In this document: piece by piece, positions 26,375 to 38,780 of the stretch
Layout of the letters: the number at the start of each line of letters is the position of its first letter
Numbering within the stretch: position 1 is the stretch's first letter
NCBI GenBank assembly: GCA_030265395.1
Contig: JARFYF010000055.1
Span: 28,204,226 to 28,268,225 of the forward strand
Reading direction: 5' to 3'
DNA from: Rhina ancylostomus
Taxonomy: Eukaryota
DNA: 64,000 nt
Position numbers and translations under genes: made by a program
The notes under the pieces: model-generated
What the model was told of the DNA's origin: nothing
Databases searched by the model: none
The model's input: the letters and a program-made list of their open reading frames with translations, nothing else

Positions 26375-27110
26375 GAATGTTTCTGGCTAGGCCAATAATT
26401 ATTGGCCATCCCTAATCACCCTTGAGATGATGATGATGAACCTCATTGAATGATGCAATCTGTATGTTGAAATTAGTTCTGCTGCCATACAGCCCTAGAG
26501 ACTTGGGTTCAATCTTCACGCTGGGTGTCTTCTATATGGAGTTTGCAGGTCCTCCCTGTCACCATGTTGGTGTCCCTCGGATGCTGCAGTTTCCTCTCAC
26601 ATCCCAATGAGATGCTGGTGCATTGATCAGCTATAGTAAATTACCCCGTGCAGATAGGTAGCAAGAAAATCAGGGGGAACTGACAGTTATGCAAGTAGGA
26701 ATAGGTTAAAAGAGAATAGTGGGAGAATGGGACATATGGGTATGCTCTGAGTATTTGCAAAGACTAACCTCCTTCTATGTCAGAAGGAAATGTGAAAAAT
26801 CCATTGTTGTGGTATCCCCATGCAATTGCTTTCCTTGCCCTTCTTGGTGGTACAGTTCACAGGTTTGGGAGGGGCTTGTTTCAAAGGCACAATTTTTAGT
26901 AGATGGCACATGTTGCAGCCAGTTTGTTGCAGAGATGGAGGGAAAACACATTTAAATAGTTGGATAGGATACAGATTGATTGGGCTGCTTCATCCAGGAT
27001 GCTGTGCCTCTTTAGTTTTAATGGAGATGAACTCATCAAGCAAGTGGATGGATCCATCACAACCCTGGTTCTCCTTGTAGGTGGTGGAAAAATTATGGGA
27101 ATCTGCAGAG
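26375..27110 (-). mobile_element. Old L2/CR1-group LINE with a nested V-SINE (+, ~26475-26790)
   Basis: tggctaggccaataattattggccatccctaatcacccttgag resumes ~26800; insert has gggttcaatc B-box and ggagtttgca..cagtttcctctcacatccc V-domain. Confidence 0.6.
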
Positions 27111-27452
27111 GAGTCTTTTTCCAAACCTATTAAGTTTCTCGTCAACGTGACACCTATGAAATGGGGATTTTGCAATGTTGTTTCTATTTAACTTATATGT
27201 CCTGATTCAGACTTTCTTCCACTCATCAATACATTGTTGATCTGATTAAGGAGATACACAATCCTTGTAAAGGCCTGAGTGGACACCCTTCGTTGTTTGG
27301 TGTGGCACTACAATTGTGCTAAATGGGATAGGCTCAGACTAGATCTAGCAGCTCAAAACTGGCATCGGTTCATTCTTTCATTCAATTACTTCTCATCTTG
27401 TAGCAGCTGCTGGCTCCAATGCTGCCTGCCCTCTCGAATGATGGGGAAGGGC

Positions 27453-27674
27453 TGTCACAGTGTTGATCCAGATCAAACTCACAGAGAACCCAAATGCGGC
27501 ACACCAATACACGACTGGAGTCAGGATNNNNNNNNNNNNNNNNNNNNNNNNNNNNNNNNNNNNNNNNNNNNNNNNNNNNNNNNNNNNNNNNNNNNNNNNN
27601 NNNNNNNNNNNNNNNNNNNNNNNNNNNTGGAATCCATGTGCTAGACAACAAGGCATTAATGAGCCAAATTGAGG
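27453..27674 (-). mobile_element. Gypsy-like solo LTR, gap inside, one end truncated
   Basis: TGTCACAGTGTTGATC...gagaacccaaatgc...ggagtcaggat[100 N]tggaatccatgtgct...caaattgagg is the reverse complement of 34092-34340. Confidence 0.75.
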
Positions 27675-28169
27675 CTTTGAACCCCCTTGGTGAGCAGTTT
27701 GCATTGGAAGACCAAGCTCTGTGAAGAGCTCAGGAACGCAGCAACAAGTCTCTCATACTGGCTTCCAGCAAATCAGAACATCAGCTTGCTAACTCAAGGG
27801 CACCTGAGGCAAAGTACTGAGCTTCATAGTAGTTGAGTTAGTGAGTGACAAGACGACTTTGGTAGATTTACCCCAACATTTCAGTTCTGAAATCTAACCA
27901 TTTTTGTAATGTAGAAATTGGGCCCTGTAAATTACCCTTTTAGTGTAGATTAATAAGTTCCAGGGCTGCACTGAAATAAAGGGGAATGGGACTGATGAGA
28001 TTTCTCTCCTAGGACTCAGCATGGACTTGATGGGCCAATGGCATCCTTCCATGCCATAGTAAGCAGGAAATATAGCAGCTGCTTTGATCTCTTTAACGTT
28101 ATATAAACAGTGTGATATAAATAAATGTTATAGTGGTTAGCCAAGGTACATATCAAACTGGACACCAGG

Positions 28170-28340
28170 GAAAAATTCCCGTGGTCTTCAAAATAATCCT
28201 ACTGGGTCTTTTATGCCTTTCTGAGAGTGTGTAAGGGGGCTTGCTTACAAATGCACCTGAGACATGGTACCTCCAATAGAGCAGCACACTCCCTGACCAC
28301 TACTGGATTTTGTGCTGTCACTTGAATGGACTTGACTTTA
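28170..28340 (-). mobile_element. Deu-domain SINE fragment
   Basis: gggtcttttatgcc..tgagag..ggtacctccaatagagcagcacactccct..gattttgtgct. Confidence 0.5.
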
Positions 28341-30769
28341 GCAGTTCAAACATTATCAGTTGCCACTACCTTGCAAATGAATACCTAGTTTAAATAGATT
28401 CTTTTCTTTTCCCTGGTCATTTCCTTCTTCACTTTAAGCTTGAGCCTTTCCCTCAAATTTCCCCAAGTACTTTCCCTTGGTTGCATATTCATATTTTCCT
28501 TGCCCAGCTGTATCTTCCTTTTGCTCTGTTCTTTTTGACATGCTGCTTAACTCTTCTTTTTCTGTTAATGATGAAGGATCACACTCGAGATATTTCAGTG
28601 CTGTCTTGAACTTTGACTGAATTGTTGAGCATGGAAACACTTTGTTTCTCGCCTTTTAAAGCATCTTTTTACTGAAATGAGAAGCTGTCCCACACTATCC
28701 TCTTAAATGATTGAGCAACAAAGTCAGCTACTTAATTCTACACAAAAGTGCTGGACCGTGAAGTATTTATGCCCCCAACTCATTCGTGCTCCAATACAAA
28801 CTTAGAATTCACCTGAAGTTTGCTCTTACTTCATTAAAGTAATTATTTTTGTTTTGCTTTCAAATGTTATTGGCACTTTTCACTCATGACTTTTCTGCAC
28901 AGTCTGTATCTTTGCACCTTTGAGATTAACTGCCAGCATTAATAACATGTCATCAATGTTCACAAGATCACAAAACAAAGGAGCAGAAGCAGGCCATTCA
29001 GTCCATTGACTCTGCTCCATGAGCTAAACTAAAACTATTGTTTTAAGAGCCAGGATGCAGAAATTAATTTCTCTTTGAAATTAAAAAGAAAAATCTCCAA
29101 AATGTAAAATGACCATTATTTTCCTTTCAATGGGGACAAGACAGGAAGAGGCTCAAATCTCCTTAAGCTAAAATGTATTAATTTGAATGTAATTTCTTTT
29201 TCCAAAATCTAGATATTTGGATTAAATTGCAAAATATGAACTAAGTTCTAAACATTGCACAAGAATATTTTTTTTTCATATTGNNNNNNNNNNNNNNNNN
29301 NCTCTGGGCAACACCACTGAAGAGTTTTCACTGTCTCTATTTAGATCAATAGCCTGTTGCAGTATTTGCCTTAAATTCATCATTACAATGCACTAAAAGT
29401 TAGCAAGTCTCCAGTTATCCAGACATTTTTTATTACTAGGTATACCAGGTGCCCCTTTCCAATAAAAAACAAAGATTGTCCTGCATATAAACTCAGCAAA
29501 GGTTTGTCAGCATGCATATATCACAAGATTTTCTGTACAAAAGTTTCTATTCCACTTCAGGGAAAGTTATTGAGCACTGATGCAAAATATTACAATGAAT
29601 TTACAATGATGAATTGCTTCCAGCAATTAACAACATACTGATCACGCCACCTTAATATTGTCTATGAAAAAGATGATTAAATCCATCTTTATCCATCCTT
29701 CCTTGCTTTTCGATAGGGACTTGCCATGCGAAAACCAGAAAATCATGTATCACACAATCAATTGCAATACCTGCTCCATTAATTTAAATAGTTTGATTCA
29801 ATCAGGGCTTCAACTAAATTATCAATTCAGAGGTGTTCAAAAAATTGTCTTTGAAAAGTTGCTTTTAGCAGGAAAATTATCTTCTTTCTGGTTGGAACCT
29901 ATAATTGAGAGTATAACTAAACTTTTTGAAGTTTGGAAGGACTTGGCATCTGGCTTCAACACATGAAACCTTCAGTCATACGTTCCCTTGCATTCCTGGC
30001 TTTATAATGATTCTTCAGAGAGGAAAAATAAGTTATGCAATCATAATATGTCTAATTTTCTGATAAAAAACAAAATAACTAAACTAAACTATAAAGAATT
30101 CACACTAAGGGTAGTCAAGCTACTAAGGCTGAACATGTGCATCGCACAAGTCTCCTATTCCAACCACACACAAAATAACTCCCCAGATCAGTTTGGCTGG
30201 TGTTACTGTAGTTGAAGGGGTACAGAAAATATGAACAAATTAAAATGAACAGAAAGGAAACTGGTCCACCTTGTGATAAATTATTTTTCGGAAAGGATAA
30301 AGACTGCAAAATAAAATTTAGGGACTGCACAAATGCATTAAAAATGGTTCTCAGTAACCAAGACAGGTATTTGAAGTCTTCGTCGCTGATCTACTTCCAA
30401 AATTCTTTGACAAGGAACTGTTGATCTCAAATACTGATCAAACAAGGATCCAGCTTTGAAAGTGGTCACAGAATGCAGCTTTAAATCATTGAGAAGTTTG
30501 GAATTTGACAAGCATGGAAATAGGTGAAGGTGTCATTACATTCTTAAATAGTGTTTTGCAGTCAGAACTTTAATTTGTTGTTAACTTCAACTTGCAGATA
30601 ATTTTAGTCTCAGACAACAATAAGCAACTGGAGACTGTGGTCTTCAGTTGTTTAGTGTTGTCTGAGACTGTAGATAAGAGACTGCAGAAAAGAGACTGCA
30701 GAAAACAAACGGAGAAGGTAAACAAAAAGAGAGAGCCTGTGGGTGGACTGGTGAGACAAGGAAAGGAAC

Positions 30770-31885
30770 ACGGGAGAGTGGGTTGCCTGAAATTGGAAAA
30801 TTTAATGTTCGTACTATTGGGTTGTAGACTTCCCAAGTGAAGTATAAGATATTGTTTTTCTACTTTGTGCTTGGCCTCACCATGGTAGTTGAGAAAGCAG
30901 AGGACAAATGGTGTGGGAATGAGTAGGGGAGTTGAAACGACATGCAGCCAGAAGCTCACGTTGGTCATTGCAAATAGAGCACATGCAAATAGAGCTATGC
31001 AAAATGGTCACCTAATCTGTGCTTGGTCTCACCAATGTAGAGGAGGCCTCGTCTGGAGTACCGAATGCAATACACCAGGTTATAGAAGGTGAACACGAAT
31101 CTCCGCTTCACTTGGAAGGAATGGTTAGGTCTCTGGATGGTGGTGAGGGAGTAGGTGGAGGGACAAGTGTTGCGCCTCCTACAGTTACAGGGAAAAGTGC
31201 CAGGAGGGGTAGGTGGGGACTGATCAGGGAGTCATGGAGAGAGTTGTCCCCATGGAAAGCAGAAAGGGGTGGAGGGGTGGTGAAGAGAAGATGGTGGTGG
31301 GATCCTGTTGGAGGTCAGTGGATTAAAAGGTGAGGACCACGGGAACATTATCTCTGTCCTGTCCTGGGAGAGGAGGCGCGAGAGCAGAAATGGAGGAATT
31401 TGCTTGCGAAGACTCCATCATCTATGGCAGAAGGGAAGCTAAATTTCCTGGAGGAGGACATTTCAGAAGTCCTAGAGCAGAAAGCTTTATCTTGAGAACA
31501 GATGCAGTAGAGATGGAGAAACTGAAGGGAAGGAGATGGCACCTTTACAGGAGACAGGGTGGGAGGAGGTGTAGTTGAGTTAGCTGTGAGAATCTGTGGG
31601 TTTATTGTAGGTATTGGTGGATAGATTGTCTCCTAAGAAGGAGACAGAAATCTAGAAAAGGAAGAGGAATGTCATAATAGTCCAGGTGAATTTGAGGACA
31701 GGGTGGATGTTGGTGGCAAAGGTGATAAATTGATGAGTTCCACATGAGTGCAGCAATGTTAGTGGAACTCTGTAGTCAGGAATGAAGATTTGGAGAGATA
31801 CAGTATATCAAGAGTACATCTGGAACAAGGACTGTTCCACTTAGCCAACAAAAAGACAGCATAGCTGGCGCCCACGTGGGTGCAG
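30770..31885 (-). mobile_element. Penelope-like element: RT C-terminal part plus GIY-YIG endonuclease, decayed
   Basis: 31081-31000(-) translates NLVYCIRYSRRGLLYIGETKHRLGDHF (GIY-YIG); C-terminus EKQYLILHLGSLQPNSTNIKFSNFR; RT-like THVGASYA near 31860-31883. Confidence 0.88.
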
Positions 31886-31887
31886 GA

Positions 31888-31985
31888 GCTGATGCAGGGT
31901 CTCGACCTGAAATGTTGACACATTCATTTTGTCTCCACAGATGCTGCTTGACCCACTGAGTTCTTACAGCAGTTTATTTTTTGCA
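31888..31985 (+). mobile_element. Inverted Penelope pseudo-LTR segment with hammerhead-like motif, at the 5' junction of the PLE body
   Basis: ctgatgcagggtctcgacctgaaatgttgac...tccacagatgctgcttgacccactgagttc directly abuts the PLE RT. Confidence 0.7.
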
Positions 31986-31992
31986 ACACGTA

Positions 31993-32179
31993 CAACTGTC
32001 TGCCAGCGGCAGGTAACAGTTAATTAAGTGTTTAAGCTGTAACCGTTTACTCGAATAGGGTACATTTACCATCAAGGAAACCTGGTGCAACTGTCCGCCA
32101 GCGGCAGGTAACAGTTAATTAAGTGTTTAAACTGTAACTGTTTACTTGAATAGGGTACATTTACTGTCAAGGAAACCTG
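31993..32179 (+). repeat. Tandem duplication, 2 x 95 bp
   Basis: caactgtc.gccagcggcaggtaacagttaattaagtg...caaggaaacctg at 31993 and 32088; about 6 mismatches by eye. Confidence 0.92.
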
Positions 32180-32429
32180 AACAAAACCATGACTTCAAAG
32201 GTGCATGCAATAACCAGACTTTGCGGAAGCAGGGTGCGGCTTAAACGAAATATAACATAAAGAATACAAATCTAAGAATTGTTGAAGCATGGAAGTTTGG
32301 TGAAAAAGCAGGAAATAGGAGCTGCTTGTGTTAAACTGAAGTTATTATAATTAAGTATAGTCAGCAGCCAGGTGTTAAGCGTTGACCTTAGTGTTATTGA
32401 GCTTTTAGGTTTGCTTCTACTAAATACAG

Positions 32430-33220
32430 ACATGATAACTGTGTTCAGTCCAGTTGTAGTAGGTGAGAAATGTTGGATGCTTTTCACTTCCTGGACAATT
32501 GCTCTGTGGAAATGTTGTTGCTGCAAGAGCTCTTGATCTAGTTTTCGAGATCTTGAGTAGCTGCTGATGTCATTACAGTGTATTCAAAAGACACACGTTA
32601 TCTGGATACAAGTTTCAGGAGGTGGGCACTTACAACCGAATGATCTCAAGACAGGAAGCAAATGGTAACTGCCAGATGGACCAAGGCCAGAGCAGATAGT
32701 GCAGGAGTCTTGAATGCACCACACTCTCAGATACTCACTTCTGAATGCTGGAGAAGATAATTACTCATCAGAGAAATACAATCAGCACGGGTGACTCAGC
32801 TGTGAAGGACGTGCAGAGAAATGCAGATCTACAGTGACAGAAATAGTTAGTGGGGAGCGGAGAGAGATGCCAATCAGACCTTTCTGCAACCACTCTTGCA
32901 TTTCAAGGATGGTTGCCTTCCTGGCGCCAGGGTCAAAAATTTCAGAGGGAGGAAGGGCTGCCATGAAGGAGCGTGTACAACCAGAAGCTTTGATTCTTTT
33001 TGGCACAAAGGAAATATGTAGAAAAACGAAGCCCAGCAGGCAGGTCACTGCAAGCTGGGAAGAAATTAAAAAGCAGAGCCAAAGGAAGCATTCTCCCGAT
33101 TATTCCAGGTTCACACACCAATAAATACAGAAGTAGAAAGATAATGGAGTGAAATGCGCTGCTGCAGACATAGTACAGGAGAGAGCACTTTGGATTCCTG
33201 GGATACTGGGATCAGTTCGG
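32430..33220 (+). mobile_element. CR1 ORF1 remnant (Cys-rich region plus SGNH esterase)
   Basis: Frameshifted ..YLDTSFRR.., RPFC..SRMV-CLPGARVKNF, QPEALILFGTKEI, resembling the CR1 ORF1 esterase (CCLPGARV, HIGTNDI). Confidence 0.7.
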
Positions 33221-33289
33221 TTGAAGCTCTGAAATCCTGCCACGTCTAATTATGAATGGTGATGGACTGCTTAGGAACTAACAGCCGGA

Positions 33290-33990
33290 CAGGATTTCAA
33301 GAATATTCCCATCATCAACAATAGTGGGGCCCAGAATGTGAGTGAAAGACCAGGCTGAAGAGTCTACATTTGTGTTCCGTCAGATGTTGCTTGTGGATGA
33401 AGCATCTCATCTTTATCCTGAGATCCTGAGACTGAAGCAAGTCTTCACCCAATTTTATTTACTCTACGTGACATTAAGAAACACTTGAGAGCACTGGGCA
33501 ATGGGTCAAGGCAAAATCCTGGCACTAGTATTGAGTTATAATGCTCCACAAATATTCATGCCTCAATCCAAGCTGTTCCAGTACAGTTACAACGCTGACA
33601 TCCTCCCAACAATATGGAGTTGCCCGGGTATGTCCTGTTAACAAAAAACAGGACAAATCCAACCTAATTATTGTCCAATCGAACTCCTCTCAGTCATCAG
33701 TAATTGACTGTGCTATCAGGTGGTACTTTCCTGTAACATGCTCAACGATGCTAATTTGCATTTTGCATATTTCCTAACATCCAGACCTTATCACTGCCTA
33801 GGTCACAAAATGAACCAAGGAGCAGAATTCCAGAGGTGAACTGAGAGTGCCTACCCATGACATCAAGATAGCATTTGATTGAATGTGTTATCATGGTGTC
33901 CTGGTAGAGCAAATGTTAACGGTCATCCAGGGTTAAACACTCCAATGTTGACGCGAAACCTCACACAAAGGGGAATGTTTGTGATTCAAT
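33290..33990 (+). mobile_element. Old L2/CR1-group LINE RT fragment
   Basis: aagctgttccagtacagttacaac..cccaacaatatggagttgcccgggtatgtcctg..caggacaaatccaacc; tgacatcaagatagcatttga (DIK-AFD). Confidence 0.65.
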
Positions 33991-34091
33991 CAATGACAAG
34001 GTGCTGTATTATCTGAAGAGGGTCAGGTTACCATTTACAGAAACTGTAATCTTGCTCACAGAACTTAACACTAACCTTGAGTATGAACAAG

Positions 34092-34340
34092 TGTCATGGT
34101 TCTGAGTTCTGGTCCTCAATTTGGCTCCATTAATGCCTTGTTGTCCAGCACATGGATTCCATGCTNNNNNNNNNNNNNNNNNNNNNNNNNNNNNNNNNNN
34201 NNNNNNNNNNNNNNNNNNNNNNNNNNNNNNNNNNNNNNNNNNNNNNNNNNNNNNNNNNNNNNNNNTATCCTGACTCCAGTCTTGTATCAGTGTGCTGCAT
34301 TTGGGTTCTCTGTGAGTTTGCTCAGATCAACATTGTGACA
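34092..34340 (+). mobile_element. Gypsy-like solo LTR with 5-bp TSD
   Basis: TGTCA...TGACA termini flanked by ACAAG on both sides (34087-34091 and 34341-34345); 100-N gap inside, so true length unknown. Confidence 0.85.
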
Positions 34341-34544
34341 ACAAGAAGGACTGGTGAGATTGGATTTCAATCGACTTGGTAATAGATTACTGGTCGGTTA
34401 TTGCTGTCCTTAATTTGGGGTATTATTACCCATCAGTCAACTCTCACCAAACTGAAAAGCGAAGAAAGGATTTACTCAAAATTATATTAAATGAAACTTA
34501 CTCACTGTAAATTGCTCAATGATGCCTACTTTGACTTGTATCAT

Positions 34545-35520
34545 CTCCAGACCTTATCACAACCAAACATGGGATGAATTCCACAGATAAACTGACAATG
34601 TCTCTGCTTTACATTAAGGCATTATTTACCCATGTAGTTGTATCAAGGAGCCTTTCAATAATATACATTAAAGGAGAAACACTCCAATGAGTGGAATCAG
34701 ATTTCGCATATGGTAAAGTGTTAATAATTGCTGGAGGTTAATCATCCCAACCTCAGAATAATACTGCAGGAGTTTCTCAAGTCAGTACCCTTGGCCCAAC
34801 CATTTTCAGCTATTTCATCAATAACCTTCCTTCCATTATAAGGTCAGAAGTGGGGTAGTTCACTGCCAATTGTGCAAGTGCTAGGTTCTTAAGGCTCCTC
34901 GACAATTGCAGAAGTCCATGTCTGCATGTGGCAAGACCTAGACAACATTCAGGCATGGACTATTCAATGGCCAGTAATATCTGCATCATAACAATACCAG
35001 ACAATCAACATCTCCAAAGAGAGAGACAATAACCACCAACCTTTCATATGCAATGGCATTACCAAGTCTCCCACCATCAACATGCTGGTGGTCAGCATTC
35101 ACCAGAAATTCAACCAACCATGTAAATAAAGTGGCTACACAAGCAGGATAGGATCTGGGTATCCTGCGCTGAGTGGCTCAGCACCTGAAACCATCTACAA
35201 GGCACAAACTAGGAGCCTCATGAAATACTCTCCAGTTGTCTGGATGATTATTGCGCCAACAACTTATTTGATTGGCACACCATTTAGCACCCTGAACATT
35301 CAGTCCCTCTGCTGCCAGGACAATGTGGCTGCACTATTCATCATCCAAAAAATGGACTGCCATTATACACCAGGGCCACTCTGATAGCACCTCCCAAACA
35401 ACAACCTTTGCCACTTAAAAAGACAAAGAAGTAGCTGCATGGAAACACCACCACCTGCAGGCTCCTCTTCATGTCACACACCATCTTGACTCAGAATTAT
35501 ATTGCTATTCCTTTATTGGT
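34545..35520 (+). mobile_element. Old L2/CR1-group LINE RT and 3' region
   Basis: gcaggagtttctcaagtcagtacccttggcccaaccattttcagctatttcatcaataacc (GVxQxSxLGPTIFSxFINxL); catctacaaggcacaa. Confidence 0.7.
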
Positions 35521-36364
35521 TAGATCATCCCGTAATCTTTTGAATACACAGAGAAAGCTATGTCAAGTTTACATTGGTTTATGATTTGTGATGTGAAGCA
35601 GAAGCTAGTTTCATTAGGCACTGGACTTAATATATTATCAGAGCAGATCAATCACAGTGGTACAGTAATAGAGCACTGATTGTTTTTAACTATGCTTTAA
35701 AACCACTTCAAAACTAGTAAGTTGATAAAGCTGCAATAATTCCTATCATCCAAAGTTGCATATGCAGAGGTTTTGCGAAAGCAGTAAACTCACCATGTGT
35801 CCCAATTGCTGGCTGGTAGTGCAGTGAGAAGGAACGCAAAGACCTTACAGCACTCAGCTAATTTAGAAGTGATTCTTCCTTTTTGATATCAAGCTAAAAC
35901 AAAAGGAAGATAAAAACTTCTAAGTGCTCAAGGGCAATGCTTCAGAATCACACCAAGAAATTCACATACATTTAGGATAGGGTCACCAAGTTTTCTCTCC
36001 ATTATTACCCTGGAGTGCCTAGGAAATGAAGTTCACTGGGAACTGCTGTAAGCAACTCAGAAAGAAAATCAATGGAGCAGGAAAAAAAGCTTTTAATACT
36101 AATTCTTTGAAGAACAGATTACATTTTCTTGGACAGCAGATATTGGTAATGGTTCTGCTGTTGACAATTAGAGGTCCACTGACCCAACTATTTTTTTAAA
36201 ATCTCTCCCACTACATCGCCACTTTGCCTTATACCATTGTTTCTTCTGCCATTTAATCATTTCTGCATTCTTTTATCGGAGGCAATAATTTTTGTCTGTT
36301 CCACTGATCCTCTACCTGCAGTGCATTTGTACAATAATTAAAAACCTGTGGGACACCAACATCA

Positions 36365-36500
36365 TACAGTGCTGATGAAAGTTCATCAACATGAAGCATG
36401 AACACCATTTCTCTTTGTACAGATGCTGCCTAACCTACTGAGTGTTTTCAGCATTTCCTATAGTTACTTTAGCTTCCTAGCATCCGTGGTATTTTCTTTT
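36365..36500 (+). repeat. Penelope-like terminal repeat, old copy
   Basis: cagtgCTGATGAaag...cagatgctgcctaacctactgagtgttttcagcatt. Confidence 0.55.
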
Positions 36501-38267
36501 GATTGACTGGAGAGGGCATTTCCAACAGGGAATGGACACAAGATTGCATTGCTTTACTTTGAGCACTCTAGACCATTTTTCTTTCAGATTCTGAGCTTCC
36601 TTCAGATCAAGAACTACAGCCAGATGCTCATAAATCAGATACAGTGGTTCATCTTATAAAGTTAAATGGTTGGCAAAATGCAACCTACTGCAAGACATTT
36701 CCTTTAAAAAGCTTTTTCTAATCTGTAATAGGACAGATCAACTGGTCTGATAAAAAAATATAATTGTTTGATTAAAGAACCCTGCAGATTGGAACTTTTT
36801 TTGAATGTCAACCTGCATTTTAATTTTAAAAAATACACACAACAATTTGCAAGAGCTCAATTTGCACCAGATGCTGCGTATAAATTTGTACAGGTGATAT
36901 GTGTATACAGTATATTACTTAGATGTATGATGTCATATATTAATACATACACAATACCTGCACAAAACTGACATACAGAACTGTGGTGATGCACTTAATA
37001 AAGTAAAAAATGCACATCATTGTTAGGAAAAATCATTAAATTCCTGTGCACAATGTAATATGTTCATGCTAGTGTGGGTCTGTGTTGCTTTAAGATCACA
37101 AAATATAACAGCACTTCAATCAATAAGAATACAAATATTCTGCATAAGAACTGTACTGGGTAAGGTCAATCTGATTTCATTTGTTCTCGAGTGGGAGTGA
37201 GACATGGGATGAATTATCTAGCTTTTATAAGTATGATTAAAAGGGTTTTTCTTTATGCAATTCATAGCCTACAGACATCTCTGTTTTATTAATAAGCTAT
37301 GTTGTATCTGTGAAGAGATTCTATATACATTCTGCTACTTTTTTAAAAAAAGGTTGATAAAGTTGGAAAGCTGCAAGAAAGTTATTCAATACAAAATTTC
37401 CCATTGGTGTGGGGTGAAATATGAAATGATGTCAAGTGTGCCTGGCCACATAACATTTCAATATATTTAGTAAATTCATAGATGGTGATACAAAGAGAGA
37501 TTTGGATTTTCCTCATTCCTTTTGTTGATTCAATTATGAACAAATTAATAATTAAAAATAATCAATGTATTCATTTCAACTTTTAAAGGGATTAACAACA
37601 TCCTCACATATGTGATGTTAATTTGAAGCAGCTCTGTAATAGAACTATGGTTAAAGAATTTCATGGTATGTTATTTGATGATAGCTGAGGTTACAGATGA
37701 GTTGCTTACCTCTGTTAGTGTGTTAATTCCATGCTGATATTTTTTTCATATTTTGTAGATCAAAGATTCCCTCTATTGGTTTAAATTAGCTGGCTGGATG
37801 ATCAATAGTTTCCTGGTTACTCTGTGTTATACTGTCTAAATTCCTAATATCACCCTAAATGCAGTTCAATAAAATCCTATTGTTTAATCATTCATTTCAT
37901 TACAAATTCAATCTTCTCCAAAAGATATATTTTATTAAATTATGAATATGTATTACCAAGAATGTATACAGTTGATAATACAGCATTTTTTTAAACTGAA
38001 GGTGTCAGAAATATTTCCTAATATTTACAATTGCAGCTTCCCTGACAGCTACAATCACGTTCTTCAAATGTAACCACGTCCTTAGTTTTACACTGTTAAC
38101 GTGTCAGGACTTATTTGGAGTAATAGGCATGATTAATAAGGGTGATACAGATTACTAAGGTAATTATATCTGAAGAACCGGTACTGAGGAAGATCAACTC
38201 CATTCCTAAGACCAAAATAAGTTAATTATGGCAAACCTGAGTTTCAACATCGTGACAATAATGTAAG

Positions 38268-38578
38268 GGCAGGCACAGTAGTGAAGCAGTTAGTGTAACA
38301 CTGTTATAGCTTATAGCACCAGTGACCTGGGTTCTATTCCAGCCACTGTCTGTAAGGAGGTTGTACGTTCCCCCAGTGTCTGCGTGGGTTTCCTCTGGGT
38401 GTTCTGGTTTCCTTGCATATTCTAAAGACATACAGGTTAGGAAGTTGTGGGCATGCTATGTTGGCGCCAGAAGTGTGGTGACACTTGCGGGCTGCCCCCA
38501 GAACACTCTATGCAAAAGAAGCATTTCACTGTGTATTTCAATGTACATGTGACTAATAAAGATATCTCATCTTATCTT
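38268..38578 (+). mobile_element. V-SINE with Rex1-type tail
   Basis: ggcacagtagtgaagcagttag head, gggttctattcc B-box, V-domain, tail tttcactgtgtatttcaatgtacatgtgactaataaag. Confidence 0.85.
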
Positions 38579-38659
38579 AAACTTCATTGTGCTCCTTGTG
38601 TTAATGTGTATAGGCTAGTACACTTTGCAATGAATGTTGTTAAAGAACTTGCTGAGGAC

Positions 38660-38780
38660 AAATCTGACAAAGGGTGCACAACCTGAAACATTAGCTCTGT
38701 TTCTCTTTCCACAGATGTGACTTAACCTGTTGAGTATTTCCTGCATTTTGTGTTTTATTTTAGATTTCCAGCATCAGCAG
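38660..38780 (+). repeat. Penelope-like terminal repeat, old copy
   Basis: ctgacaaagggt..acctgaaacattagctctgtttctctttccacagatg...agatttccagcatc. Confidence 0.6.

Noticed and set aside
1-27674. Same-orientation LTR copies at 1-82 and 27453-27674 as the ends of one giant element
   Set aside because: 27 kb apart, no gag/pol between them, and the second copy is truncated; independent insertions are simpler
30664-30705. 14-bp tandem unit gagactg.aga.aa x3, superficially array-like
   Set aside because: Simple slippage repeat with no spacers; vertebrate DNA, no CRISPR or cas features anywhere in the window
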